DNA of 64,000 nt from Lingula anatina. Taxonomy: Eukaryota; Animalia; Brachiopoda. The notes under the pieces are model-generated. The model was given only the letters and a program-made list of their open reading frames with translations. It made no database searches and had not been told where the DNA came from. Shown in pieces: positions 63,450-64,000 of this stretch. A program made the translations under genes and the position numbers. The stretch's first letter is position 1, and every line of letters begins with the position of its first letter. The stretch lies in contig CM120640.1 in NCBI GenBank assembly GCA_051362555.1, positions 36,413,967 through 36,477,966 on the forward strand, written 5' to 3'.

Positions 63450-64000
63450 GTAAGTTTTTATTTGCTGGGATTTTTTAAAAATACAATTTGGAGATTAAAA
63501 TCTAAACTGCAGTCAGAGCTATGCTTAATATTGCAGTATTATTGTATACATCATTTATAACATCATTTATGTTAAATTAATATATTATTTACTTCAAAAT
63601 GCATGGGCATTGTATCATACACTTGTTGTGTTTATATTAAGCATGAGACATGTGCTTGCTGACTTCCTTCTCCCAGTCTTACAAAAGTTCTACTATAAAT
63701 CTGATTTGAGAGAATTTAAAATAATCTTTTACATAAATAATGGGTACCTGATACCTTTTAGCTGACCATTATGTTGATTTTGAATTTGAACCAAAGATAT
63801 ATTACCCAATGTCAGCGTAAAATATGGAATTGATAAAATATGCTTATTTATTGGCGTCTCCCATTGTGACCAGGCTTCAAGACATTGTACATGAAGGAAA
63901 AGCTAGGTTCATTGACCGTGACAGCTACTGTGCAAAGATATGACCGTAAATACTTCACGCTGGCCAGGATAACATATGAGGTATGTGCTGGATAACATGT

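Overview
AT-rich, intron-rich metazoan genomic DNA, probably from an invertebrate or lophotrochozoan (the taxon is an inference). Six spliced protein-coding genes were rebuilt by hand, checking splice sites and reading-frame phase. (1) The 5' part of a tektin-3/5-like gene (-), which carries a duplicated and apparently mutually exclusive 86-nt exon. (2) A complete ETV6/ETV7 (Tel)-like PNT+ETS factor (-), with a ~17-kb gene-free upstream region containing candidate alternative first exons and IRF/STAT/ETS motifs. (3) A complete Rv2258c-like class I SAM methyltransferase (-), with a GC-AG intron and a His-rich insert. (4) An apparently intact 6-exon, ~702-aa chimeric gene (-). It joins a duplicate of the methyltransferase's two N-terminal exons, in frame, to PB1/ubiquitin-like and SAMD3-like exons and to a pogo/CENP-B-type transposase DNA-binding module that lacks a DDE domain. 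This candidate host-transposase fusion is the most interesting item in the window. (5) A complete Crk adaptor gene (-). (6) The first 20 exons of Nup210/gp210 (+), head-to-head with Crk and containing a U12-type intron. Several small non-autonomous DNA transposons with TIRs and TSDs, and microsatellites, are also present. Domain assignments come from motif recognition only; no searches were run.
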